32,000 nt of DNA, taken from assembly GCF_022701215.1 (NCBI RefSeq), contig NZ_CP089976.1, positions 1,050,001 to 1,082,000 on the forward strand, written 5' to 3'. The notes beneath the pieces were generated by a model. That model made no database searches and was not told where the DNA came from. It saw only the letters and a list, made by a program, of their open reading frames with translations. Position 1 is the stretch's first letter. Each line of letters starts with the position of its first letter. The position numbers and the translations under genes were made by a program. The DNA is from Moraxella nasovis (GTDB lineage Bacteria > Pseudomonadota > Gammaproteobacteria > Pseudomonadales > Moraxellaceae). Shown here one piece after another: positions 1-9,255 of this stretch.

Positions 1-660
1 GATGATCATCCGTTATCAGAGCCGACCAATGGCATGGCAGCTTGGTGGCAAGCCTACCAAGAGACAGATGAGCTAAATCGTGAGCGTATGATCGATGAGC
101 TGGCGACAGGTGATGTGCCAACCAAACGCCGCAAAAAACGCAAAACAGAAGATAAGGCTGAATTGCACCAGTTGCAACAGCTGTCTTTGGGTGAAGATAA
201 GCCATCAGATAAGCCAGAGCCACTCTTTGTGGTCGAAGGTGTCAACGAGCTGCTTGAATCGCACCAAATGCCACAAAAACCAAAGCTACGCCAGCCAGAA
301 GTGGCATTACCCGCCTTTGAGGTGGTGGCGTACACTGAAGATGACTTTTTAAAGCTGCTTAATAATGATGAGCCTTATATTCCAAGCAGTCGCTTGCGTA
401 AGCGTAAGCCGTCATCTTCTTTATCGGTCAAAGAGCGTGAAAGTGGCATGACCCAACAAGTGCCTGCTACATCTAAAGAGCCTAAAAAGTCCACCAGACA
501 AGCCAGAGTGCCTAGGGCTAATAAACCCACAGCTAAACCAAATCAACTAGCTAAGACAAAGATTGAGACTAAGACTAAGACCGAAACTAAGACGGCAGAC
601 CAAAAGAGCAAACCACGGCGTAAACGCAAGCCTAATGCTAAGCCAAAAGCGACAGATTAG
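1..660 (+). CDS. pcnB: Poly(A) polymerase I, C-terminal part (5' end lies outside the window), with a long Lys/Thr/Glu-rich tail
   Basis: The frame is open from base 1. It contains the motif AAWWQAYQE...ERMIDEL followed by an RRKKRK basic tail, like the PcnB C-terminus. It sits directly upstream of folK-panB-panC, the classical pcnB-folK arrangement. Confidence 0.65.
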   Translation, partial: DDHPLSEPTNGMAAWWQAYQETDELNRERMIDELATGDVPTKRRKKRKTEDKAELHQLQQLSLGEDKPSDKPEPLFVVEGVNELLESHQMPQKPKLRQPEVALPAFEVVAYTEDDFLKLLNNDEPYIPSSRLRKRKPSSSLSVKERESGMTQQVPATSKEPKKSTRQARVPRANKPTAKPNQLAKTKIETKTKTETKTADQKSKPRRKRKPNAKPKATD

Positions 661-1167
661 GTGGGCGACATGAGTACATGGGAGCAGATATATCTGGGGC
701 TAGGTGGGAATATTACAAACGATCTTGGCGATCCTGCTAGCCATATTATGGCGGTGGCAGATACGCTTTGTGATAACGAGCATTTTTGTGATGTACAGCT
801 GTCATCACTGTATGCTTCTAAGCCATTTGGGGTGGTTGATCAGCCTGACTTTATTAACGCTGTGTTATCTGCTAAGACAGATTTATCGCCATTGGCATTG
901 CTTGATGTCTGCCAACAGCTAGAAAAAAATGCAGGTCGGGTTAAATTACGCCATTGGGGTGAGCGTTCGCTTGATGTGGATGTGTTATTTTATGGCGATC
1001 AGACGATCCAAAACGACAGATTAACCGTGCCACACGCTTATCTTTTTGAACGTAATTTTGTGCTTGTACCACTCGCTGAGCTTAATCCATGCTTAACGAT
1101 TAATGGCAAAAAGATTGCAGATGAGCTGTGGGCAAACGACTTATCTGGACTGACGAAGCTTGCTTAA
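661..1167 (+). CDS. folK: 2-amino-4-hydroxy-6-hydroxymethyldihydropteridine pyrophosphokinase (HPPK)
   Basis: Contains IYLGLGGN near the N-terminus and RHWGERSLDVDVLFYG...VPH, typical of HPPK. GTG at 661 abuts the pcnB stop; ATG at 670 is an alternative start. Confidence 0.85.
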   Translation: MGDMSTWEQIYLGLGGNITNDLGDPASHIMAVADTLCDNEHFCDVQLSSLYASKPFGVVDQPDFINAVLSAKTDLSPLALLDVCQQLEKNAGRVKLRHWGERSLDVDVLFYGDQTIQNDRLTVPHAYLFERNFVLVPLAELNPCLTINGKKIADELWANDLSGLTKLA

Positions 1168-1231
1168 GATTGGCTTGAGTTTATTAGTTTTACACTTACT
1201 TATCAAATAACCCTTAAATGCAGAAATTTTT

Positions 1232-2065
1232 ATGAGCTATCTATCTACAGAACAAAAACCTAAAATGCCGATTACTTTATCCACCTTACAAAAGTTTAAA
1301 GCCAACGGCGAGAAATTTAGCTGTCTAACTTGTTATGACGCAAGTTTTGCAGCAGCCATGCAGACCGCTGACATTGATACGATTTTGATTGGTGACAGTC
1401 TTGGTATGGTGGTGCAAGGCAAGTCATCTACCTTACCTGTTACGGTCGCCGATATGACATATCATACGGCAAATGTCGCTCGTGCTAATAATCACGCCCT
1501 AATCATCAGCGATTTGCCGTTTATGAGCGTTGCCACGCTTGATCGAGCGATTGAAGCTAGTCTTGCGGTCATGCAGGCAGGGGCAAATATGGTGAAAATT
1601 GAAGGTGGTAGCGAGCTGTGCGACATTGTTTCGGTGCTTTCAAATAATGGCGTACCTGTGTGTGTGCATTTAGGTTTGACACCGCAATCTGTTAATGTGC
1701 TTGGCGGATATAAAGTTCAAGGCAAAACCGATGACGAGGCTCAAAAACTGCTCGATGACTGTCAAAAATTAGTGCAAGCAGGGGCAAGTATGCTACTGCT
1801 AGAGTGTGTGCCAAGTGGGCTTGCCAAAGCGGTCACCGACAGCGTACCTGTGCCTGTGATTGGCATTGGGGCAGGCGTGGATACGGACGGACAAGTGCTG
1901 GTGATGCATGATATGCTTGGCGTTTATACCCGCAAACCTGCCAAATTTGTCAAAGACTTTTTAAGTGATAAAGACAACGAAACGCACGACATCGTAGGAG
2001 CATTTAAAAATTATCATATGGCGGTTAAAAATAAAACCTTTCCAACAGCTGAACACAGTTTTTAG
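1232..2065 (+). CDS. panB: 3-methyl-2-oxobutanoate hydroxymethyltransferase
   Basis: 277 aa with CLTCYDASFA...ILIGDSLGMVVQG...KIEGG motifs characteristic of PanB, followed by panC. Confidence 0.9.
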   Translation: MSYLSTEQKPKMPITLSTLQKFKANGEKFSCLTCYDASFAAAMQTADIDTILIGDSLGMVVQGKSSTLPVTVADMTYHTANVARANNHALIISDLPFMSVATLDRAIEASLAVMQAGANMVKIEGGSELCDIVSVLSNNGVPVCVHLGLTPQSVNVLGGYKVQGKTDDEAQKLLDDCQKLVQAGASMLLLECVPSGLAKAVTDSVPVPVIGIGAGVDTDGQVLVMHDMLGVYTRKPAKFVKDFLSDKDNETHDIVGAFKNYHMAVKNKTFPTAEHSF

Positions 2066-2130
2066 ACTGCTCTTATTATCAGTTTAGAAGCGGTTTAAGA
2101 CGTTGTTTTCTTGGTTAAATTTGGGATATT

Positions 2131-2976
2131 ATGAAAATTTATCACACCATTAAACAGTTACAAGATTACCTAAAATCACTAAAAAGCCAAAAAATTGCAC
2201 TTGTGCCAACTATGGGTAATTTACACCAAGGGCATTTATCGCTTGTTAAAATCGCTCGTAGCCACGCTGATATTGTGGTGGTGAGTATTTTTGTCAATCC
2301 TACACAATTTGGCATAGGCGAAGACTTTGACAGCTATCCACGCACGCTAGACGCTGATGTGGCACAGCTTGACGGACTGGTTGATGTGGTTTTTGCTCCA
2401 AGCGTGGACGAGATGTATCCTACTTATCCGCCCAACGTACAGGTATTGTCAGGTGATATTAGCCAAATTTTGTGTGCCAAAACTCGCCCCACGCATTTTG
2501 ATGGTGTAGGTTTAGTTGTAAGCAAACTTTTTAACATTGTTCGCCCTGATGTGGCGGTATTTGGCAAAAAAGACTACCAACAGCTTGCCATTATCCGCCA
2601 ATTAAATGACGAGCTAAATTTCGGCATTGACATTATCGGTGGCGACATTGTACGCCGTGAAGATGGTTTGGCACTGTCTTCTAGGAATGGGTATTTGACC
2701 GACAGCCAAAGCAGGCACGCCCCATTTTTACAAAAAACCTTAAGCAAGTTGGCAAAACAATTAACAATCGCTGATTTTAACGATTTTGACACCTTAATTA
2801 AACAAGCGATTGATGTTCTAAGTGGTAATCAATTTAGGGTGGATTATTTACAAGTATTAAATCAAAAATTACAAAAACCCAGCAAAACTGATAAAAATCT
2901 TGTGATTTTAACGGCATGTTTTTTAGGCAAAACACGTCTGCTTGACAATGTAGAATTTGACCGAGCGTGCCAATGA
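2131..2976 (+). CDS. panC: Pantoate--beta-alanine ligase
   Basis: 281 aa with the PTMGNLHQGHLSL (HIGH-type) motif and FGKKDYQQL, typical of PanC. Confidence 0.92.
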   Translation: MKIYHTIKQLQDYLKSLKSQKIALVPTMGNLHQGHLSLVKIARSHADIVVVSIFVNPTQFGIGEDFDSYPRTLDADVAQLDGLVDVVFAPSVDEMYPTYPPNVQVLSGDISQILCAKTRPTHFDGVGLVVSKLFNIVRPDVAVFGKKDYQQLAIIRQLNDELNFGIDIIGGDIVRREDGLALSSRNGYLTDSQSRHAPFLQKTLSKLAKQLTIADFNDFDTLIKQAIDVLSGNQFRVDYLQVLNQKLQKPSKTDKNLVILTACFLGKTRLLDNVEFDRACQ

Positions 2977-3842
2977 CCCAGATTGTCATCGTATCAGGGC
3001 GTTCAGGTTCTGGTAAAACGTCTGTACTAAACATACTAGAAGATTTTGGCTACTATGTCATTGACAATCTGCCATTATCGCTGATTCTTGATGCGGTGCA
3101 TAAGCTGACCAAAGATGGTAATATCCAAAAAATCGCTTTAGGGGTAGATGTCAGAGCGCCGCAGTCGGAGCTTTCTGGATTTGGCAAAGTGCATGACGCA
3201 CTTGTGGCAGAGTATGGCGAGTTCACGGTGCAAGTACTGTATGTAACCGCCCAAGAAGGCGTGCTTGTGGCACGTTTTGGGGCGACAAGACGTGTGCATC
3301 CTTTGATGAACACAAAGCACAACTTACCAAATGCCATCGCCCATGAAGTTATCATGCTTGAACCGATTGCCGATCGAGCTGATATTAAGATTGATACAAG
3401 CAGCCTAAATACCCACGAATTAAAAGAGCAAGTCCGTAATCACTTGGGTGTAGATAGTGTCGTTACGGTAAATGTATTATCGTTTGGTTTTAAATATGGC
3501 ACGCCCATTGACGCTGATTTTGTGTTTGATGTGCGAATATTACCTAATCCGCATTGGCAGGCCAAACTGCGTCCCCAAACAGGTCTAGACATGGATGTTC
3601 AAGCATTTTTTAACCAGTACCCTGAGGTGGATGACATGGCAAAAGACGTGGGAGAGTTTTTAGCGAAATGGTTGCCGCAGTTTTTACACAACAATCGCCA
3701 CACTGTAACCATCGCCATCGGCTGCACAGGGGGCAAGCACCGCTCGGTATATGTCAGCGAATATGTGGCAAAAATGCTAAAAACAAGCTTGCCAAGTAAT
3801 ATGCTAATTACAAATAAGCACCGTGAAAAAAGACATTGGTAG
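2973..3842 (+). CDS. rapZ: RNase adapter / nucleotide-binding protein RapZ (YhbJ family)
   Basis: Walker A GRSGSGKT at the N-terminus and C-terminal GCTGGKHRSV are both RapZ hallmarks. ATG at 2973 overlaps the panC TGA (ATGA); the track start at 2967 is a GTG. Confidence 0.88.
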   Translation: MTQIVIVSGRSGSGKTSVLNILEDFGYYVIDNLPLSLILDAVHKLTKDGNIQKIALGVDVRAPQSELSGFGKVHDALVAEYGEFTVQVLYVTAQEGVLVARFGATRRVHPLMNTKHNLPNAIAHEVIMLEPIADRADIKIDTSSLNTHELKEQVRNHLGVDSVVTVNVLSFGFKYGTPIDADFVFDVRILPNPHWQAKLRPQTGLDMDVQAFFNQYPEVDDMAKDVGEFLAKWLPQFLHNNRHTVTIAIGCTGGKHRSVYVSEYVAKMLKTSLPSNMLITNKHREKRHW

Positions 3843-3864
3843 TATAAAATATTTAAGGAAAGCT

Positions 3865-4371
3865 ATGAATATTGATTGGTCTAAAATTGATATGCGAGTC
3901 TCTCGCACCGAAACTAAAAAAGCCCATGACCGCTTACAAGCACTGACAACACCACTTGCCATGCTGTCTAAAAAACAGCAAGCAAACCTGCCTGTGAGTG
4001 AGTTTTTCTTAGATGAGCTGGATCAATTGGCAAGCATCACGTCTGCTGCTGCTAAGAATCGCCAAATCAAGCGTGTGGGCAAGCTTATCGTTGAAGAAGA
4101 TCGACACACCTTAACCCAAGCGTTATTTGAGATGACCTTTAGTGCTCCCCAAATCGCTAAAATCCAAACATGGCTGACTCGCCTAAGCCTAGAAGACGAA
4201 AGCACGATTAAGCAGTTTGTAAAGCAGTTTAACGCCAGTGAGTTTAACAGTATTTATCAGCTGCTTCTTTGGATTGAATATGCCAAGCACTTAGCAGATG
4301 ATGATCTGCTTGCTGAAAGCGTGGCGGATTTTGAAAGTTATATTAAAGAAGTGGCGATTTTATCAATCTAA
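3865..4371 (+). CDS. yjgA: YjgA/DarP-family (DUF615) ribosome-associated protein
   Basis: About 168 aa, helical and charged, with SRTETKKAHDRLQAL...RQIKRVGKLI resembling the YjgA pattern. ATG at 3865 is preceded by AAGGAAAGCT. Confidence 0.65.
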   Translation: MNIDWSKIDMRVSRTETKKAHDRLQALTTPLAMLSKKQQANLPVSEFFLDELDQLASITSAAAKNRQIKRVGKLIVEEDRHTLTQALFEMTFSAPQIAKIQTWLTRLSLEDESTIKQFVKQFNASEFNSIYQLLLWIEYAKHLADDDLLAESVADFESYIKEVAILSI

Positions 4372-4375
4372 TCAT

Positions 4376-4404
4376 AAAAAAGCCTGCATTTAGCAGGCTT
4401 TTTG
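4376..4404. terminator. Bidirectional rho-independent terminator between convergent yjgA and dsbA
   Basis: AAAAA-AGCCTGC-ATTTA-GCAGGCT-TTTT: a 7-bp GC-rich stem flanked by an A-run and a T-run. Confidence 0.7.
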
Positions 4405-4414
4405 ATTGGTGGGA

Positions 4415-5038
4415 TTATTTTTTCTCAGCTCGAACCTTTTCTACTAGAAAATCAACCACTTGGGGTACTTTTTCGTCTTCGCCATTGACGATGTATTTAC
4501 CATGAACAACCACCGCAGGCACACCTGTTAAGCGATGACGCATGGCACTTTGTTTGGAGCGTTCCACTTTGGTCGATACAGCAAAAGAATTATAAAGGTC
4601 ATTAAACTTCGCTTTATCCACCCCTTGCTTGGCATACCAGTTGCCAAGCGATTCTTGGGACTGTTCCACACGCTCGCCATCTTTATGAATGGTGTCAAAT
4701 AAGTCTTGGTGCGTCTTATGCAAAACACCAAGCTGCTGTGCGGTATAAAAGCCACGAGCACCCACTTCCCACATAGGATTCATGGCAGCAGGTGTTTGGA
4801 AAAATGCAACGTCCTTAGCACGGGTTTTTGCCCATTTTTGCATGTGTGGCTCTAATGCATAACAATGCGGGCAGCCATACCAAAAAAATTCACGCACAAC
4901 AATAACGTCGCCTGCGATGTTTTCAGGGTTTGGGGATACGGTGTAGTCCTTGCCTTCGGTGAAAGTGGCGGCAGATGCTAAAGTACAAAAACCAGTAAAA
5001 GCAGCAGCAGCGGCAAGTTTTAGGGCGTATTTTTTCAT
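4415..5038 (-). CDS. dsbA: Periplasmic thiol:disulfide interchange protein DsbA
   Basis: Has an N-terminal signal peptide (KLAAAAAFTGFCTLASA) and the CPHC active site in FFWYGCPHCYALEP. Confidence 0.85.
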   Translation of the reverse strand: MKKYALKLAAAAAFTGFCTLASAATFTEGKDYTVSPNPENIAGDVIVVREFFWYGCPHCYALEPHMQKWAKTRAKDVAFFQTPAAMNPMWEVGARGFYTAQQLGVLHKTHQDLFDTIHKDGERVEQSQESLGNWYAKQGVDKAKFNDLYNSFAVSTKVERSKQSAMRHRLTGVPAVVVHGKYIVNGEDEKVPQVVDFLVEKVRAEKK

Positions 5039-5281
5039 TATTTTTTCCTTACAACAATAGGTAGGCGAATATATAACAAATTACGTATAATTAATAATAG
5101 CATAATTTACCTTATTTTTGGTAAAAATTCACCCCAATAAGTGTTTGAAAATGTTTAGGTATCTTGCCAAAATGTGGAAATAAGTTGCTTGAATTTGAGA
5201 CCGATTGGGTAATTGGTAGTAAAAAAATGCTGAAAATGGTAAGATAATTGCTTATTTGGCTAACATTAATTTGGAATACAC

Positions 5282-6016
5282 ATGAGTACACACGCCCAAA
5301 ACGCAGATTTTGAAGAAATTGGAAAATTTACTCGCCTAGCTGATGAGTGGTGGGACAAAAATGGTGCATTTAAATCATTGCACGACATTAACCCACTGCG
5401 TTTAAACTGGATTGAAGATTGTGTTAAAGAGCATTTTGGCACAGGATTAGGCGGTAAAAAAGTGCTGGATGTCGGCTGTGGGGGTGGTATTTTATCGCAT
5501 TCAATGGCAGTGCGTGGAGCAAACGTATTGGGTGCAGACTTAGGCGATGCCAACCTTCAGGCGGCTAAGATTTATGCTGATAAGACCAGCATGAGTGATG
5601 TGTTAGATTTTCGCTGTGTGCCAGTAGAGGTGTTAGCTGCTGAGCAAGCAGAGCAGTACGATGTTGTAACGTGTATGGAAATGCTAGAGCATGTGCCAGA
5701 CCCTAGTGCGATTGTTCAGGCGTGTTTTGATTTACTTAAGCCAAATGGCGTGTGCATCTTATCCACCTTAAACCGCAACAAAAAATCCTATCTGTTCGCT
5801 ATCGTGGGTGCAGAATACATACTACGCCTTGTTGATAAAGGCACGCACGACTGGCATAAGTTTATCACGCCTGCCGAGCTTGACACAATGGCAACTCATG
5901 CAGGCTTTAAGCGTGCAGATATGACAGGACTGCATTATAATCCTTTAACTCGCCATTATTGGCTGTCAAACCGCAATGTTGATGTCAATTATATGATGGC
6001 GTTTGTCAAGCCTTGA
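5282..6016 (+). CDS. ubiG: Ubiquinone biosynthesis O-methyltransferase
   Basis: Contains FTRLADEWWD, the SAM motif VLDVGCGGGILS, and MEMLEHVPDP, typical of UbiG. Confidence 0.88.
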   Translation: MSTHAQNADFEEIGKFTRLADEWWDKNGAFKSLHDINPLRLNWIEDCVKEHFGTGLGGKKVLDVGCGGGILSHSMAVRGANVLGADLGDANLQAAKIYADKTSMSDVLDFRCVPVEVLAAEQAEQYDVVTCMEMLEHVPDPSAIVQACFDLLKPNGVCILSTLNRNKKSYLFAIVGAEYILRLVDKGTHDWHKFITPAELDTMATHAGFKRADMTGLHYNPLTRHYWLSNRNVDVNYMMAFVKP

Positions 6017-6025
6017 GATGAAGCC

Positions 6026-6703
6026 ATGGATACTAAAAAAGCGGTTTTATTTGACTTAGATGGTACGCTAATTGATACAGCGAGCGATTTTATTCGTATT
6101 ATTCGCCTGATGTGCGATAAGTATGATTATCCTTGTCCTTTAGATTCACAGATTCGTGAACAAGTATCTGCAGGTAGCCGCGCGATGGTGCAGCTGATGT
6201 TTGGTAATACAGCAGACTTTAATGATGATAAGCTTGCCGCCTATCGCCAAGAGTTTTTGGATTTGTATGAGGCAGATATCTGCGTGGATAGTCGGCTATT
6301 TGAGGGTTTAGATGAACTGCTTACCACGCTTGAGCAGCGGTCGATCCCTTGGGGAATTGTAACAAATAAGCCACGCTATTTGGCACAGACTTTATTAGAT
6401 CGGTTAAATTTATCCAAGCGTTGTGCTGTGCTTGTTTGTCCTGATGATGTTGAGCATACCAAGCCTAGCCCAGAGCCGATGTTTTTAGCGTGTAACGCCC
6501 TAAATATCGCTGCCAAAGACTGTATTTATGTGGGAGACCACCTTCGAGATATTCAAGCAGGTAATGCTGCAAATATGCTAACAGTGGCGGTAAAATATGG
6601 CTATTTGTCTGCTGATGATAAGGCAAATCTACAAGCATGGCAAGCAGACATCGTGGTGGATACGCCAAAGGATTTAGTTGATATGATTTTATCTTACATA
6701 TAA
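6026..6703 (+). CDS. HAD-superfamily phosphatase (phosphoglycolate phosphatase / MupP-like)
   Basis: HAD motif I is FDLDGTLIDT, motif II VTNK, and motif III/IV YVGDHLRDIQAG. As I recall, ubiG-HAD-SDR synteny also occurs in Pseudomonas, where the HAD gene is mupP. Confidence 0.75.
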   Translation: MDTKKAVLFDLDGTLIDTASDFIRIIRLMCDKYDYPCPLDSQIREQVSAGSRAMVQLMFGNTADFNDDKLAAYRQEFLDLYEADICVDSRLFEGLDELLTTLEQRSIPWGIVTNKPRYLAQTLLDRLNLSKRCAVLVCPDDVEHTKPSPEPMFLACNALNIAAKDCIYVGDHLRDIQAGNAANMLTVAVKYGYLSADDKANLQAWQADIVVDTPKDLVDMILSYI

Positions 6704-6815
6704 GGGTTTGATACTGCTTTTGAGCGTACGACAACTTGATATGAAACTAAGTATGCTTAGCCTAACAGGTTTATGCCTAATGCTAAAGCGAACCTAAAAA
6801 CAGGAATAAAATACG

Positions 6816-7583
6816 ATGAAAAACCACGACCAAATTCGCAGTTTTATACCGACAGCCGATAGTCTAAAAGATAAAATCATCCTAGTTACAGGAGCAGGTG
6901 ATGGTATTGGCAAGACAGCTGCTTTAACTTATGCCAAATGCGGTGCAACCGTACTACTGCTTGGTAAAACCCAAAGCAAGCTAGAGGCTGTATATGATGA
7001 AATTGAAAGCCTAGGACTTGCTTTGCCAGCAATTTTACCGATGGATTTGGCAAAAGCAAGCTTTGCACAAATGCAAGAGCTGGCAATCTTAATTAACAAA
7101 GAATTCGGTAGACTAGATGGTATCTTGCATAACGCAGGCGTTTTGGGGGCGTTAACACCGCTTGAGATGTATGATCCGATTACCTTTGAGGAGGTGATGC
7201 GCGTGAATCTGACAGCAGTATTTATGCTAACCCAAGCTATGATGGACCTACTAAAAGCATCGCCATCAGCATCTGTGGTCTTTACAAGTAGTGGCGTGGC
7301 AAAACCCCGTGCATTTTGGGGGGCGTATTCGCTTTCTAAGCAGGGTATTGAAGGCATGAGCGATATATTTACCCAAGAGACATCTAAGCATACAGCATTA
7401 AGATTTAACTGTATCAATCCAGGAGCAACCAGAACCAATATGAGAGCTCACGCATTTCCTGGCGAAAATCCGATGACACTAAAAACGCCCGATGAGATTA
7501 TGCCTGCCTATGTGTATTTGATGACAGACTTAGCAAGCGGTGTAAAAGGACAAGTGGTGGACTGTCAGCCAAAATCTGATTGA
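6816..7583 (+). CDS. Short-chain dehydrogenase/reductase, YciK-like
   Basis: Carries the TGAGDGIG cofactor motif, NAG, and the YSLSK catalytic YxxxK. Confidence 0.8.
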   Translation: MKNHDQIRSFIPTADSLKDKIILVTGAGDGIGKTAALTYAKCGATVLLLGKTQSKLEAVYDEIESLGLALPAILPMDLAKASFAQMQELAILINKEFGRLDGILHNAGVLGALTPLEMYDPITFEEVMRVNLTAVFMLTQAMMDLLKASPSASVVFTSSGVAKPRAFWGAYSLSKQGIEGMSDIFTQETSKHTALRFNCINPGATRTNMRAHAFPGENPMTLKTPDEIMPAYVYLMTDLASGVKGQVVDCQPKSD

Positions 7584-7708
7584 TTTTTAGGTCTGTTATG
7601 ATGCCTGATGATAGCGATTAAGATTATTGTATCTTAGTGTCGCTTATGGCATGATGTACTTATGATGTTGTATTTATTTTAATTAAACGTAAACCAACGA
7701 GAAACGTT

Positions 7709-9028
7709 GTGGACTTATTTTTTAACCTTGCTATGATCGCTCTGCTGATTTTGGTATCAAGTTTTTTCTCTATTTCTGAGATTGCCTTGGCAGGGGCTCG
7801 CAAAATTAAGCTAAAACTCATCTTGGAAGGTGGCGACAAGCGTGCCGAGAAAATCATGCGTCTGCAGGAGCATTCTGCTGACTTTTTCGCCACTTCGCAA
7901 ATTGGATTAAATGCAGTCGCCATCTTGGGCGGTTCGGTGGGTGAAGGGGCTTTGCGTCCTTATTTTGCCGATTTTATTGGGCATTTTTATCAAGGCGTGT
8001 GGCTAGATAACATCGCATTTTTTACGTCTTTTGTGGTGGTTACATTGCTGTTTATCTTGTATGCCGACCTTATCCCCAAACGCATTGCGATGATTAACCC
8101 TGAAAAAATCGCTTTGATGGTCATTGAGCCTGTGCTGATGGTCATCAAAATCATCAAGCCTTTGGTGTGGGTGATTAACGGTCTTGCCAATCTGACCTTT
8201 CGTCTTTTTAAAATCAATACCACCAGAGAAGATAACATCACCTTTGATGATGTGTCTGCCATCGTGGACGCAGGGGCAGAGGCAGGCGTGGTCTTGCAAC
8301 AAGAACAGCATTTTATTGAGAATGTCTTTGAATTAGAAGAGCGTACCGTGCCATCATCAATGACAGTGCGTGAAGATGTGGTATTTTTTACCTTAGATGA
8401 GAGCGAAGAGAATATCCGCCAAAAGATTGCTGATTATCCGTATTCCAAATTCTTGGTGTGTAATACCAATGTTGATCAGGTCATCGGTTATGTGGATACG
8501 AAGGACATTTTGGTCAGATTGCTCAATAACCAATCATTCGTTCAGCTCAACGAAAGCGTTATCCGCAATGTGCTGATTATTCCTGATACGCTGACACTCT
8601 CAGAGCTATTGGATAAATTTCGTGCCAGCAAAGAAAAGTTCGCCGTGGTCATCAACGAATACGCTTGGGTGGTCGGCATCATCACGCTATCAGACATCAT
8701 GATGACGGTGATGGGCGATTGGGTTGCCCCTACTGATGAAGACCAACAGATTATCCGCCGTGATGAAAGCTCGTGGCTCATTGATGGTAGCACGCCCATT
8801 GATGATGTCAAGCACGCTTTGGACGTGGCTGATTTTGCCGATTGGGATCATTATGAGACCTTGGCAGGCTTTATCATGTACCGCTTACGCAAAATCCCAA
8901 GACCTGCTGATTTTGTCATGCACGAAAATTTTAAATTTGAAGTGGTGGACATTGACCATTTTAAAATTGACCAAGTGCTCGTAACTCGTCTATCTGGCGG
9001 TGATGAAGTAGATAGAGATTGGGTGTGA
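7709..9028 (+). CDS. CNNM/TlyC-family membrane protein (DUF21 - CBS pair - CorC_HlyC), putative divalent-cation efflux
   Basis: 439 aa with four N-terminal TM helices, a central CBS-like region (VRED..., IITLSDIM) and a C-terminal transporter-associated domain. It has a GTG start. Confidence 0.8.
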   Translation: MDLFFNLAMIALLILVSSFFSISEIALAGARKIKLKLILEGGDKRAEKIMRLQEHSADFFATSQIGLNAVAILGGSVGEGALRPYFADFIGHFYQGVWLDNIAFFTSFVVVTLLFILYADLIPKRIAMINPEKIALMVIEPVLMVIKIIKPLVWVINGLANLTFRLFKINTTREDNITFDDVSAIVDAGAEAGVVLQQEQHFIENVFELEERTVPSSMTVREDVVFFTLDESEENIRQKIADYPYSKFLVCNTNVDQVIGYVDTKDILVRLLNNQSFVQLNESVIRNVLIIPDTLTLSELLDKFRASKEKFAVVINEYAWVVGIITLSDIMMTVMGDWVAPTDEDQQIIRRDESSWLIDGSTPIDDVKHALDVADFADWDHYETLAGFIMYRLRKIPRPADFVMHENFKFEVVDIDHFKIDQVLVTRLSGGDEVDRDWV

Positions 9029-9046
9029 GCGACTAGGCGTGATTTG

Positions 9047-9078
9047 AAAATGCAAGTTTGAGCTTGCATTTTTTATTT
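9047..9078 (+). terminator. Rho-independent terminator after the CNNM gene
   Basis: AAAATGCAAG-TTTGAG-CTTGCATTTT followed by TTATTT. Confidence 0.7.
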
Positions 9079-9135
9079 GAAAAAAAGGTTGATTGTGTTT
9101 GAAATATTTTGTTACATTTATATTTAAAAAATATA

Positions 9136-9165
9136 TTGACAAAATTTTGAAAAATAACATATTTA
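9136..9165 (+). promoter_or_regulatory. Sigma70-like promoter for the AT-rich cassette
   Basis: Perfect -35 TTGACA at 9136-9141. A -10-like element (CATATT/TATTTA) lies at 16-18-nt spacing around 9158-9165. The background is very AT-rich, so this is tentative. Confidence 0.4.
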
Positions 9166-9183
9166 AACCGTACCGAAATAATA

Positions 9184-9203
9184 TTACATAATATATTATG
9201 TAA
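9184..9203. promoter_or_regulatory. Perfect 20-bp palindrome (operator-like) in the leader of the small ORF
   Basis: TTACATAATATATTATGTAA is its own reverse complement. It lies about 20 nt downstream of the putative -10 and 52 nt upstream of the ATG at 9256. Confidence 0.5.
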
Positions 9204-9255
9204 ATAAATCATTTGGGTACATTTAACATTAACTTTTAGTAATAAGGATTTTATC

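Noticed and set aside
6929-7438. 169-aa ORF on the minus strand
   Set aside because: It is entirely antisense to the SDR gene, which has clear TGxxxGIG and YxxxK motifs. The translation is Ser/Ala/Leu-rich with no recognisable motif or RBS, which is typical of a shadow ORF.
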